Shown: positions 1 to 12,787, numbered from the stretch's first letter. The stretch: 64,000 nt of DNA from Dicyema japonicum (GCA_011109175.1 RDEW01000035.1:62001-126000), one strand, 5' to 3'. Notes: generated by a model not told the origin, from the sequence alone. Numbers and translations: made by a program.

Positions 1-19
1 GTTAAATTGATAATCATGC

Positions 20-2412
20 TTAGTTAAGTACATTGTTTAAGACAGGCAAATATCTAAAATTAATAATATTACCTACCTTGAATTCCACTCTTCTATTCGA
101 AATCGAAAATCAGTTTTACCAATAAATGAACTCAAACTTCGTAGACATATTTTAGCAGAATTTTTGGCTTGAATAGAATCGGACTCCTACACATTACGGT
201 TAGAAAAACCAAAGTATAAAACATAGTATCGAAAAAATGATTGATGTATTTGCTAAAGAGTTTCAATCCTAACATGCTTGCAATTGAGGGTAACTAAAGG
301 TAATATTACAGGATTAACTAAATTGCATAGAGTCTTGGAAAAATCCCAATATCTTGTATAATTTTTAAACGAAGCTGCAAAAATTAATGAATTCAACAAA
401 TCATCTGATGATTGAATACACATATTTTTTACGTTAACGTCACATTTTAATAGTTCGACAAAAAGAAAAAGGCATCTATTTTATGAAACAAAGGAAAACC
501 CTTCCGCTTCTTCCCATTCTTCTGCTTTCTTATACATTATCGATGGGCATGAGCATCCACAGGTTAATTTTGTATTCCTGGAAAATTTCGGTGCGAGTGA
601 TCCGCATGAATACATCTGTTTGTTACTATGAAGTTCAAAATCGTTGTCATATGCACTTTTAGCAACGGAAAATGTAGCACGGCCTGGCTCCAACGTTCGG
701 AAACGTTCAGGGACAGAATCTTGGTTTTTCATAGCCATAAAAGCATTTTTGATGGTTTCAAAAATTTTTGGAAACAAATCATCTTTAAAAATTTAAATAT
801 AAAATTAACTATAAGCAACACATAAAGTAGAAATAGAAGTAGCAGCTCCTGAACGAACATAAGATATGGAATCACGAAGATTAACTAAATAAAGAGACCA
901 CAAAGTTTCTAGAAATTTTCTAATTTTAATTCTATTGAAGTTACCTTCCTTCTTCTGGAAATTTCAAAGCTAATCTGCTGCTGGAGAGACACGCGGCTTT
1001 TAATAGGTCATAAATTATACCATCACGAACAGGCCAGCTGTCGTCACCAAATGAGAAGATAAACATTTCAAAAAATAAATTAGCATAAGGCCGCATTACT
1101 TCACTATTAATCTAAAATATATAATTACTAGTAAACCTTTAAAACTAACTCATTTACAGCAATACATGCACATTCTCTTACTGCATGATTCTCGGATTGA
1201 CATTCCTCTAAATAATACTTTACCTAAATTAAATAAGCAAATTAACAGTTTGCTCAAAATGATCCTCTATTAGTTGTCTTCCTGATTGAAGTGTTACTTC
1301 CGACCACACCTTCTGTGCTAGAAGTCGAACTCCTTCCCCCAAATAATAACTGGAAAATAAGGAAATATTTTTTCACCGATTTAAGCATAATGGTGGTAGT
1401 AAAATTGTGATAAATGTGTCCTTTTCAATCTGATTAAAATCAAATTTCTCAACAGAATTGAAAAACAATCTGGTTGCTTCGACAGCTGATCTTCGAACCT
1501 AATATAAATAAAATTGTCTAGAATAAACCTGACTCCAGTTATCAGACAATCCAATACGAAGTTGTTCAGCTTTATTATCCGATAACAGTAACTTTTTGAA
1601 TATTTCTGTATTAATTTCGCCGACTATAAGATGAGTCAAACCGAAACTTGTAAGTGTATCATACAGCGATGAAAGAATTTTATATAACTTTTCCTTAACA
1701 AAACGGTTATCACATGCGAAAGCAGAATCTACAACTTCACACAATTCGCCATTAAAATAATAAAAAAAGAATCTGAATTGTGTTCTATTATCAAATTTAA
1801 AGCTCTAAAATGACAAACAAAAATACTCAAGCCATGTGACAAGATACCGCCAACTTGAAGAATCAAGAATAATCTCTTTAGCTGAGACTCCGATCTTAAA
1901 CGTAAAATTATTTTCAATAAACCATAGAAATTGAACATTCCTCATTTTGGTGCAATTCTCGTTTTAAGGGACCCGTAGATAATGAATTTTTAGTTTTTTT
2001 TACATTAAGTGAAATCCCATCAATTATTTTCTTTATAATATCCTGGCCAATAAAATTATGATTGTGCTTAAAAAGTAGAGCTAAAACAGCCCCTTTAAAA
2101 TTAAAATTAAGTCTCAACCACACTGTTCTCTTATTCTCACTTCTTCATGTTCCAAATATTGAAAGCAAATACGCGAAATGACAGAAACGATTGAATTACT
2201 TAGAAGACTGTTATAATCTCACTAATAAATATAAGCGATCCGAATATAGTATTCCATGGTATGTCGTTATCATCCAAAACAGTCAATAGCTTTTCAAGCC
2301 ATTTTTGATGACAAGCTTCAGTTAAAGTTTCATTTAATTTAATTAGTCCTTTATCACGATTCAATTTTTTAGTACTGCATAAAAGAGTCGTATATATTTC
2401 TTCAATATCCAT
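20..2412 (-). CDS. Multi-exon conserved uncharacterised HEAT/ARM-repeat protein
   Basis: Exon fragments HEEVRIRE, ACDNRFVKEKLY, GLSDNWSQV, DDSWPVRD..AACL, QMYSCGSLAPK and RIEEWNSR|YLPVLNNVLN* join across ~23-nt GT-AG introns (e.g. 54-76). Family recognised from motif memory, not from a search. Confidence 0.72.
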
Positions 2413-2529
2413 TATAGCAACAAAACTACGTATTAAACACTAAATTAAAAACCAAAATTAAATTTAAATAATTGAATAAAATTTTAATTATAATCTATCG
2501 GCGTCAAAAAATAATTTTAATATTATTAT

Positions 2530-3160
2530 TTATTTATATATGATCTGCTAGAGCAGAAAACTCAACAAACCCAGACAAATTGAAGGGATTACGAACACTC
2601 CGTAACCAAGCACTTACAAAATCAGACAGCTGCAACCAGAAGCCAAATGAAAAAGAATTGAAAAGAATGACACAATACCAATTTCAGCATCCCTATAAAA
2701 GATAACCCTAAGGGACTAATGTAACAATTAGCAATCAAAGAAATAATGTCTAAACTCAAGACCAATAAATCCTCGGGACCTTACGGAATACCAGTAAAAC
2801 TGTTCAAGTATAGGTCTATTAAACTAGCAACAGCTATAACAAAAAATTTTAGTAGGATGGCAATGCATTACAATCCAGACATTCTTTGTAAAGGACTACC
2901 TGTTCCAACAGAAAAACTTAGGAAACCAAAAAAGCCATCTACACACCTACGTCCAATATTTCTACTTTCGGTAAGACCCTTCAGAAAATATTATTAAATA
3001 TTATCCTCAACGAGATAAGACACCAAGTGGACGAATATTTTTACTCAAATCAAAGTGGATTTAGTTTTGAATGTTCAACTGCAGACATTATATGACCATA
3101 TAAATAATATATTTTTCGTTTTGGTTCACCCTCACGCGACGAAAATTGGATTCCAGTTTC
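2530..3160 (+). mobile_element. Degenerate RTE-like reverse transcriptase fragment
   Basis: KLKTNKSSGPYGIPVKLFKY...HLRPIFLL, followed by a frameshifted QSGFSFECSTAD motif. Confidence 0.6.
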
Positions 3161-3169
3161 AATCTGGCA

Positions 3170-3660
3170 ACTAAAAACTACAATTACTCTCCTGTCAACC
3201 TGTTCAACGACTTCAGCGAAGTCGGACTGGATGATGGTGGCTATTAAGCAGGAGAAAAGCTTTCGCTCCCAAAGATATACCTAATCCTCCTCGGGACATT
3301 GAACAGAACCCCGGGCCCCAAAAAAAGTTGAAAATTCCTCAGTGTCATTCAATTTAACATAAACGACCTTGCACACAAATAATCTGAGCTTATTGCCTTT
3401 CTCATCACCCACAAAATCGATATTTCTTTCCTACAAGAAAGGAAGCTATCCAGAAAATCAATTTTTCCTTATTTCAAATATTATTCAATTGTCCACCATC
3501 ACCGACCTAATTCAAACATGGGGGAGGTGTACTCACCTTTATACACAAGTCCATTCCATTCTGTATACTTCAAGTCCATTCTATTCTCTAAGGAAATTAC
3601 CGAAAAAATTCGTACAAGACGCCGACAAAAAAATAATGAATCCTTCACTATCTTTGTTGT
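3170..3660 (+). mobile_element. Degenerate 5' part of an APE-type LINE with a 2A-like motif
   Basis: GACATTGAACAGAACCCCGGGCCC (DIEQNPGP) at ~3295-3318, then IQFNIN...ELIAFLITHKIDI (APE N-terminus) with stops and frameshifts. Confidence 0.6.
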
Positions 3661-3662
3661 TA

Positions 3663-4330
3663 TCCTGGAACTATCTACTTAAATAGTGAAAATACTGAGT
3701 TTATCAACAAGAGGCCGAACTATCCAACTTAAATAGTGAAATTACTGAGTTTACAACAAGAGGAAATTCGAACGATAGAATAATTTCATAACCAAAAGTG
3801 GTGGTAATTTCATGTTCTCAAGTCAAATGAGTTTCAAAGCGAAGATCCACATTACAAGGGCATATTACAAGAGGAAGGAACTATTGCACGGCAAGGGAAT
3901 CTCCAAGGCGAAGAAGCATATTACAAGTCGAATAAACTTATTCTACAAGACGAAGGAACCTGTTGACGGCAAGGGAATCTCCTCAAGGCGAAGAAACATA
4001 TTACTAGTCGAATGGACATATTCTACAAGAACTAAGGAACCTATTGAAGGGCGCAGTAGCCAAAGGGTCAAAATCTCTGGATATTTTCCAAGTTGGACCT
4101 AGTACCCACACCAATTGATCCCTACATTCGTATCTGGGTCTACATGGAACTTTGTTACCCACACCATTGATCCCTACAAAACCTGGGACTGCCGTGGAAG
4201 TACATACTGGAGTTGGGACCTACTGGGGGGTACCCAACCAATTGTTCCCTACATTCGAATTGGGATCTACACAAGACTTTGTTAACCACATCATCGGTCC
4301 CTACAGGGCGGCTTGGGACTATTGTACTTA
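3663..4330. repeat. Block of imperfect tandem repeats (~55 bp x2, ~80 bp x3, shorter CCCTAC-containing units)
   Basis: AACTATC..ACTTAAATAGTGAAA.TACTGAGTTT twice; GCGAAGA..CATATTAC..GTCGAAT and CGGCAAGGGAATCTCC repeated; ACCCACACCA.TTGATCCCTACA repeated. Confidence 0.65.
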
Positions 4331-4735
4331 CTACTGTAAGTTTAAAAGGACTCACTAGGGGAGAACTAACTGAAGATGGGCTTACTAGCTTTGTGCCTAC
4401 TACGTTCTGGATATGAAATTAGGATGTGTAACTTCCAAGACTAGTAGAAAGGTGATTAGTTATTTTCGTCTTCCCCGTGCCTCCTTATTTTAAATTGAAG
4501 TCTTCATTATTTGGTAATCTCCGTTTTCGAAAACGACGTTGAGCATCGTATCGATCCATTATCTACCCTGTAACATAATGCAATATCCCTAAGCGCCTAA
4601 TAGAAAGTAGCCACAAAAGTTCTGCAATATCCTTTCACCATCCAATGGATAGGGATCCTTCCGACCGATGTAGATAAGTGTAGAACGTGCTGTATTCAAA
4701 TTAATATCCGAGTATCTTCAAATTATAGAAATAGC

Positions 4736-4786
4736 CGCGTGGCGCCATGTGGTGCTTCGTGGCTCATTGGCTGAAGTTTCAGATAT
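4736..4786 (+). mobile_element. Isolated head of the 330-bp SINE family
   Basis: GCCGCGTGGCGCCATGTGGTGCTTCGTGGCTCATTGGCTGAAG matches the heads at 15.2k, 22.2k and 42.6k. The downstream body differs. Confidence 0.6.
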
Positions 4787-4835
4787 GTAGAACCTCAGGA
4801 AAACATTTTCCATAATATCAGGTCTAATGCTAATA

Positions 4836-4890
4836 TGTCGCGAGCGCTGAGCGAGATAACAGGTGATTTGACAGGTGCCAACATCTGTCA
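4836..4890 (+). mobile_element. Ginger-like terminal inverted repeat (TGTCGCGA..., left end)
   Basis: Similar to the reverse complement of 23761-23821; preceded by TAATA. Confidence 0.55.
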
Positions 4891-5079
4891 TGTTAATTGA
4901 AAATTAATCAATACTAAAGTTTTGGAATAATTTGTGCGTTTTTAAATAAAATCATTATTTTTACTAATAGATATTAATCTTAGGTAATAATTGTGGCGCG
5001 CCATCCGCGTTACAAATTCTATCGTGTTACATTTTGACCTTGAAATTTTATTTTTTTTGACACGAATCAACCTTGATAT

Positions 5080-7039
5080 GAATGAATGAATGAATGAATG
5101 AAAGATCAACAACATGTTACGAATTAGGTACCAATAAGTCTGCATGTTAGGCCTAGACTCTTCATCCCGGTACTTGTTTTCTGACAATCCATCCTATGTC
5201 TATTTACTTTGACGTCCTGATTCGGATGTCCTCCTTGATCGGCCTGACAAGTTTGTTTTCTTCCTCCGTCAGGGCTTCTTGCAATTTTTTACCGAGGGCT
5301 AGTTTTATTGCCGCCCGCCGTGTTCTCTCCAGTCGTGCGATAATCCTTTCTCTCGAAGGGGTGTAGAACCATCCCTCGCTTCCGTAGATCATTCTGGGAA
5401 GAATCACATTCCGGAAGATGAAGAGCATGGAATTGACGTCTAGCTTCAGTCTTTTAGTGCAGTACAGTGCCTGCAAAGCCTTTTTCCTTCGCCCTTCAAT
5501 GTCCTCCATGTATGATCCTCTTCCATCGACTGAAATCCCCAGGTATTTCAATGACTAAACTCTCGGTATACAGAGAGTGTAGGGCTCTTCCTGATGTCTA
5601 CCCGGCCTGCTTATCCTCAAATAACTGGATTTTTCCGTCGAGAGTTTCATGCCTCTCCGATCGCACCAACCCTGGACTTCGTCGATAAAAACACCTAGTC
5701 GCCGCTCTGAGAAGTATGCCTTCAAAGATGAATCCAGGATTAGAATGTCGTCCGCGTAAATCATTTACTTGGTTCTGGCGTTCTGCGGAGACGGAAAATC
5801 TTCCATAAATATGTTAAATAGCAAAGGGCTAAGAATAGATCCCTGTGGCACTCCTCTTTTAAATGATATTCCATCCGAATAACTTCCACCAACTACCACG
5901 TGGGATATCCTCCCAGTTAGGTAGTCCTTCAGCCATAGGAACATTTCTCTGGTTATTTTAGACCGAATTAGTTGACGAAATAACGCCTCGTGCCATACAC
6001 TGTCGCCTCGTGCCCTTCTATAAACCGATTCAGTCTTTTAAAAACAATACGTTCCATAATCTTTGATGTAGAACATATGAGACTTATCGGCCTATAACTG
6101 AGGGGATCCTTCCTGAGCTTTTCCTGGCTTGAGGATCATCTTAACAATAGAACATTTCCATAAAGGAGGTACGTGTCCGAGCCTGAAACTCGAGTCGTAC
6201 ATCTCACGTAGAACAGACAATAGTTCATCAGAACCTTCTTTGAACATAATAATAGGAATCCCATCAAATCCGGGTGCCTTGTTCTTGCATTCACGAATTG
6301 CTGTTCTAACTTCTGCCATTGAGACTTTTTATGTCAAACTACCTAGATCTTCCATAGAGTAATCCATGAAATTAGGCAACTCATCTGAAAATTTTTCATT
6401 TATAACACTAATAGGATCGACACCCTGTATATTCTCTAGTTGACTTCGGAATACCGAAGGAACTTTTTCCAATGGGATTGTCCTTCCATTTTGATCGGCT
6501 AGCTCAATGTTTTTTGCTTTTAAACTCCCATTCGTTAGCCTCCTGTACATTTTCCAGAAACAAGGGTTTTTCCAGTTAACCTTAGAGGCTGCAATCTTCA
6601 ATTTATTTTCGGCGTTTACTCTCCAAGCTTCTTGTAGCATTGTTTGGATCACATCAATTCTGTATTTCAAGATTTTCCTGTCTCACATATCAATACATCG
6701 TCTGTGCTTCGCCTTCAGAGTATTCCTCTCGCGAATAAGATCCCGTATTATAGGTGGGCAAGAATCTTTGCTCTTCAGAAAGCTCTTCGAGTAAACCTTC
6801 CTTCCATATAATTGAAGATACGTCAGCATAGTGCTGGATAATACCCTGTCGAAAACATCCAGCTCATTTGGTGTAGAACAAATGATAGTCTTCAATAGTA
6901 TGTTCACGGACAAATAATGACGATAATGTACCCAGTCTATTGACGAAGTATCATAGTATAGGAAAATATTTTCTGCAATGTTTGGTTCCAAATTTATAGA
7001 TATTTCCTGCGGAATATGATCACTCCCAATGTCCCAAAG
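5080..7039 (-). mobile_element. 5'-truncated L2/jockey-like LINE
   Basis: WDIGSDH (APE end), KAPGFDGI, GVPQGSILSPLLF, YADD; (CATT)n tail; 12-bp TSD CAACCTTGATAT at 5068-5079 and 7040-7051. Confidence 0.9.
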
Positions 7040-7473
7040 CAACCTTGATATTCAGATGTTGCAGTTTTTATATCAGCCTTGATATTCAGATGTTGCCGTT
7101 TTTATCAAAAATGCTACTTAAAAATTTAGTACTAACTATTGAAGAGTACAAAAATATTGTTGCTTATTTGGAAAACAATAAGATTGATAAAAATTTAACT
7201 GGAATGAAGAAGTCCCGATTTCTAAATAAGACAAAATGTTTCTTACTAGAAGACTCTAGGCTAATAACCAATGATGGAACAAAAAAATTGTAATTTCTCA
7301 AGATGATTTGGAAACTATGAAGTCTGAATTTACATTTGAAAACGCATTATGGAGTAAACAAAATGAAAGAATACTCTGACAACTATTTTTTTACTATTAA
7401 GAGATCTATCATCCGAAAAGTTTGTGCTGAATGTATGGCGTGTGCACAAAGTCAGCCGCTAAAAGCACATATT

Positions 7474-10400
7474 ATTATAAGCACTTATCGCTATGTCATA
7501 GGACTTGACAAAGCATGTGCAACACGAGTTAGCAAATCACTGGTTAGTTTCATCCACTTCCTCCTATTCAAAGCCGCAGCGCGCAACCAGTCCAGATCCT
7601 CTCCACTTGCAAGATGCCGTCCCATTTCTTTGAGGTCCTCGTCGAGAACGATTGCCAGTGTCGTCCTTGGGCGACCACGGAAACGGGGGGCCTCCAACAT
7701 GAAGTAATCCTCCATGGCTACGTTCGCGGGGCATCTAGGTCCAGTCGCAGAATATGGCCGAAAAGCCTCCATCGTGTATCCAGAATCTCATTAGAAATTT
7801 CTGAGGTCTTCGTCCTCTTATAGAGAAGATTAGATGACATCCTCGTATCACTTCTTTCGAACATCATATGCCGTAGTTGGTCTCTATGAAACGCATTAAG
7901 CCTTTTCAGTTCATTTCTTGAGCAGGCCCAAATACCAGCGTTATATAGTAGTATGGGTTTCACTAGCGAGTTGTATAATCGAGTTTTTGTTATAATGTCA
8001 AGGCCCTTTTTGTGAAGTCAGATGTTCTTCAATCTGGAGAGGGCAGTTTGTGCTAGGGTTTTCCTTCTCGTAATTTCTTCATGGTCTCCTAGGAGGGAGC
8101 CAAGCTTTTTGCATTTGCGCCAGTACTCCTCCGTCCTTGTTTCTTCCCTCTTGAGTTCAGTTACGTCAGTCTTGTCCGGATTTACTGTTAGGAAACCATT
8201 CGGCTAGTCTTCCAGACACTTCTTCCATCAAGCGGGTGAGCGGTATTTTGTCATTTGAAGTAAAGTCTACGTCGTCAGCATACGCAATAATGTTTGTCTT
8301 TTCACCCATTATCGGTTTTGACTCCCGTAAAGCAGCTTCAAGGTATATGACAAAAAGTATAGGTGATAATGGGTCTCCCTGTGGAGTGCCAACAGTCGTC
8401 TCAAATCGGCGAGACAAGGCTCCCCCGACTCTTACAGTGAGCCAAGTATCAGCTAGGAGGGTGGTGGCCATTCTGACAGTTGAAGCGTCTAGGAAACTTT
8501 CCAAAACCAGTATTAGCCTCCGTCTGTCGACAGAGTCCCTCGAAATGTCGATTCCGAGGATGGTTGTAGACATTTTGAACTTTTGAACGGCCGCAGATCT
8601 CCACTTGTGGGACCACAAAACATCGGAAGTAGATCTTCCTTTTCGGAATCCGCTGTGGTATGGCGACAGAAAAGTATCTAGGCGTCCTTCCATCCTTTGT
8701 AATGTTATGTTCGCCAGAATTTTCCGAAGTGAATTCATTAATATGACCGGACGGAGGTTCTCCACCTTAGATCTTGGTTTATTCGCCTTCTGTACAGGTA
8801 TCAAGATACCCTCTCCCAGGGTCAGCGTGTGACCATAATAGTACATTTCATTCAGGATCCTAGCGATGCATTCATACAGCTTTTGGGTTCCATATTTGAA
8901 GAATTCACCAGCGAGTCCGTCGGGGCCAGGAGTCCTGTTGTTTTTCAACTTGGAACTCGCAAGTTCAACTTCATATGGTGTGATTTCCTCGTCCAATTTT
9001 CCTCGTTCTAGGTTGATAGTGTCGTTCCTTGGGTCAAAAAGTTTTCCAAAGTGGGCAGCGATAATTTCAGCCACTTCCATTTGGTCCACAATTTGCGTTC
9101 CTTTGTCATCTCTTATCATTATCGGTTGATGGGGTCTATTTCCTTTCATCTGTTTCACAGCCTCGTAAAATCTAGCGTTGTCCTTGAGAGATTCTATCTT
9201 CTTAATCTGGTCCAGTGCTTTATTTCTGTTATGCTGGCGTATAGTTTTTCTTATTTTTGCTTTGATAGTTTTTCTTTCTAGCCGCAATTTTGATTTTACG
9301 TTCGAATCGTCAGTATTTTGATATAGCATCCATATGGTCTTCTGTTTATTGGCAAGGTCCTTCACCGTGTAAATTTCATTGTGCGATGGGGTTTTCTCAT
9401 TTTCTTTCAATAGATGCAGATTGGCTCCTTTATGTATTGAGTGCTTTACAAAATCCCAGGATTTTCCGGGCGGCAAATCTTAGGCATGTTTTCTAGTTCT
9501 GCATCCAGATATTATTTGAATTCTAGGGCCCCTTCTGATTGACTGATTAAGGATTCCAGATTATAACGTCTATAGTTAGGTTCTGTGGTTTCAATGTGCT
9601 CCCGTTTCGTTCTTTGTAGTACCATAAATCTCTTTAGAGAAAGTCTAGCAATAACCATTTTGTGGTCGCTGTCGATAATCGATCCACCATAAGCTCGTGC
9701 ATCAAGTATAATTCCTCGGTCTTTTTGCCTGCATATGATATAGTCGATCTGGTTGTACATATTTATCACTCGCCCTTCGGGGTTTGTTCTGTGTCCCGAC
9801 CACGTAGATTTATGTCTGGCTGGATGCATGAAGGCTGTATCGCATAAAAATAGGTTGTTCGTTTGACAGAAGTTAGCTAGTAGAGTTCCCGGGAGATTTC
9901 TTTTCCCCCTACCATGCCTTCCCATGAATATCTCATCGGTCGTAACCTGGGTGCCAGCTTTCGCATTTAGGTCTCCTGCGATCATTACTAGTGTTGAGAG
10001 AGCATACATGGAGAAAACGGCAGAAAGACTGGTGTAAAAGTCATCAATCTCATCAGGGTTTTTATTAAGCCATCCACTGTGAGGGGCGTACACGTTTATT
10101 ATAGTTAGATATTTCTTCGACGGGTTGAGGTCATCCAGTTTCAATTGCAACACCCCGATTCTATCATTCACATTGTAACATCGGCAAACTCTCCTGGATA
10201 GATCTTTCCTGACCGCAAATCCTAGCCCATAGTGCTTGTTTCCACCTGGAAGGAAGATTAGTCGGAAGTTCCCATGTTGTTCTTCGATCCCGTTTATAAG
10301 TTTGGTCTCCTGAAGGCAGGCGATTGAAACCTTGTATTTTGAAAGATCCTCGACCAGTTCCTTCCGTTTCCAAACGCTAGAGAGTCCCCTGACGTTAAAC

Positions 10401-10533
10401 GTGAGAAGGGAGAAGTCCGATGGCTTGAAACTGTGTTTTCCAGACATTGAGATCAAGAGCCACGTCACCAGCTCAACCAAAAAAATGATGGGGTCTATTT
10501 CCTTTCATCTGTTTGGCGAGAAAGAAGTTAAAG
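7474..10533 (-). mobile_element. Full-length RTE-clade LINE, family RTE-1 copy a (APE + RT; nonsense and frameshift mutations)
   Basis: APE ORF 9512-10480 and RT ORF 8166-9476 (GTPQGDPLSP, YADD); (AAT)n tail; 14-bp TSD TAAAAGCACATATT at 7460-7473 and 10534-10547; splits the Ginger integrase. Confidence 0.95.
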
Positions 10534-11059
10534 TAAAAGCACATATTCCTTTAATAAACATTAAAGCGAAAGCTCCAAGAGAGCGTTATCAAATGATATG
10601 GTAGATTTGAGTCGATGGTCTGAAGAAAATCATGGTCTCAAATATATTTTTAACGTAATTGATATTTATTCAAAATTTTGCTTTGCCCGAGCTACTAATT
10701 CGAAAGAAGACATTTCTAATTGCTTCTATTTAAAAAAAACATTTTTTATAATTTTGGACCTCCTCAAATATTACAATCAGACAACGGAAAAGAATTCAAA
10801 AATGAAATAGTTACTTCATTATGCCAAGAATGCAACGTTTTACAGAAGTTTAGTCGCCCAAGGCACCATCAATCACAGGGTCAAGTTGAAAGGTGTAACC
10901 AAACGTTAACGCGTTGGTTACAAAAAAGACTATTTGTAAAAGGAAATCACGAATGGTCTACGAGCCTCGATTCAATTGTCTATAATTATAACATAAGTGT
11001 TCATTCAGCAACAAAAAAGTCACCGTTTAGCCTATTTCACTGTATTAAAAGGTATAATA

Positions 11060-12787
11060 TGTCACATGGGCGGCGCGTAACGCATGGGCAGCCTGTTACA
11101 TTTTTTCGACCTTGAAAAGGTCTTTTGATTATCCGACATTATTATTATTAATGTCGGATCACTGGGTCAAAAGAAAGAAATAAAAGTTCTCATCTAACTA
11201 AGTGATCCCAGACCGACAAAGGTGAAATTGAGTCCCTCATTGGATTATCCGACATTTAATTTTATATATCCGATTTATGTCGTGATTTAATCCTGTTAAA
11301 TTAGTTTTTTATTCATAAATGTTATGATTATAAAGATTTATTTTTTATAGCGGTAAACCTAGATTTCTAGCGTGATTTATAGCATGGAAGATTATTTTGT
11401 TGCAATGGCTTCATACAAGGGTTTTGTGAAAAATTGCGTTGAATATCAAACTTTGAAAGATGCTTTGCATGATAAATTTCCCGAAAATCTTCCGAGGCAC
11501 CGAAAATATAGGCTTGTAAAGAAGATACAGAATTTTTCTATTATCAATGACAGGTATTGTAAATTGCAATAATTTTAGACTGTATCTTAAATCAACTGAT
11601 CCCAAGTTAGTCATATCCCTGGATAATGAAACCGAAATGGAGCATGTTGCGAAATCGTTGCACGAGTTTTCACACGGAGGAGTCAATAAAATTGAGTATG
11701 AATGTCGACAAAGATACTTCACTGTAAAGAATGAGATTATCAGAAAAGTCATTCGAAATTGTGAAGTCTGCAAATTTTCGCGTCCTTTAAAAGTTCGTGA
11801 TTTTTTTTAATTGGAGATATAAATCACCATATGTTTGCTTCTTCTCCAAATGAACGTTTTCAGGTAGATCTAATAGACCTGAAAAATTTTCAACATTAAA
11901 TGAAAATTTCAAATGAATTTTAGCGGTCATTGACATATATAGTATGTTGGTTTTTTTAATTTATAGATTCGCTTTTGTACGACCACTCTATAATAATTCT
12001 GGTAAAGAAGTATGTGAAAACTTAAGATCTTCGTTCCGCCTGAATGGGCCATGTAAATTTCTTCAGTCGGACAATGGTTCTGAATTTAAAAATCAAGAAA
12101 TAACAAAACTTTGCGAAGATTTTAACATTAAGCAAATTCACGGAAGCCCTAACAATTCACAAGCATAAGGACTTAAATATTTTAAGTGATAAATGTGCGA
12201 TTCCATAACAAATTGACGATTTGGTTAATTGTTCGACTCCAAAATCTATTGAAAAATCACGTAGTTTGATTTAAAAAATTTACATCTAGATAATTCCCAG
12301 TCAGATAATTTGTGTCCGAATGCGAAGAGATTCAATTTCGAAATTAAATCGATTGAAGAAAATTCTAATTATTACAAAGCTATGAACAGGAAAATGAATG
12401 TTCATAATAGTAAATATACTTTTAACATAAGAGATAAAGTGTGAATCAAAAACATTAATAAATAGGTTCGGGCTAAAAAGGACTTTGGAACAAATCCCTC
12501 ATTGCGACTGGATAAGTTTGAGTCTCAGTATTATCCAGTTGCAGAAATAATTAATATTTTACCGAATAATCGCGTGGAGGTAGTTTTAAATAGTTTAATT
12601 TGATAGATAAAAAATTCGAAAGGAGAAATATCGACTGTATTAATGAGTAGACTAAAAAAAGTTACTTAAATTTAATTTTTTGTGGTTAATAAATCATTTA
12701 TATAATTAATTGAAGTTAATTGAAGTTAATCTTGGTTCAAGGTTAATGTAACAGGCTGCCCATAGGTAACGCTTGGCCCATGTGACA
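11060..12787 (+). mobile_element. Ginger2/TDD-like integrase transposon (inner), degenerate
   Basis: TIRs TGTCACATGGGC...CCTTGAA (11060-11115, 12736-12787); 5-bp TSD TAATA (11055-59, 12788-92); SHGG..C..C zinc motif, QVDLIDL and QSDNGSEF. Confidence 0.9.
11141..11242 (-). mobile_element. Extremely 5'-truncated LINE tail (GGATCAC stem-loop family)
   Basis: 14-bp TSD GATTATCCGACATT (11127-40, 11243-56); matches the 14.0k and 27.3k tails. Confidence 0.85.

Noticed and set aside
3663-4330. CRISPR-like repeat/spacer array
   Set aside because: The repeats are degenerate and abutting, without unique spacers, in a eukaryotic context.
7043-7102. ~33-bp tandem duplications (also 51056-51118)
   Set aside because: Two-copy slippage next to insertion junctions; no further structure.
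8022-9496. Many antisense ORFs over RT genes (also 53116-54389, 32414-35351)
   Set aside because: Shadow frames of GC-richer RT coding sequence; no independent motifs.
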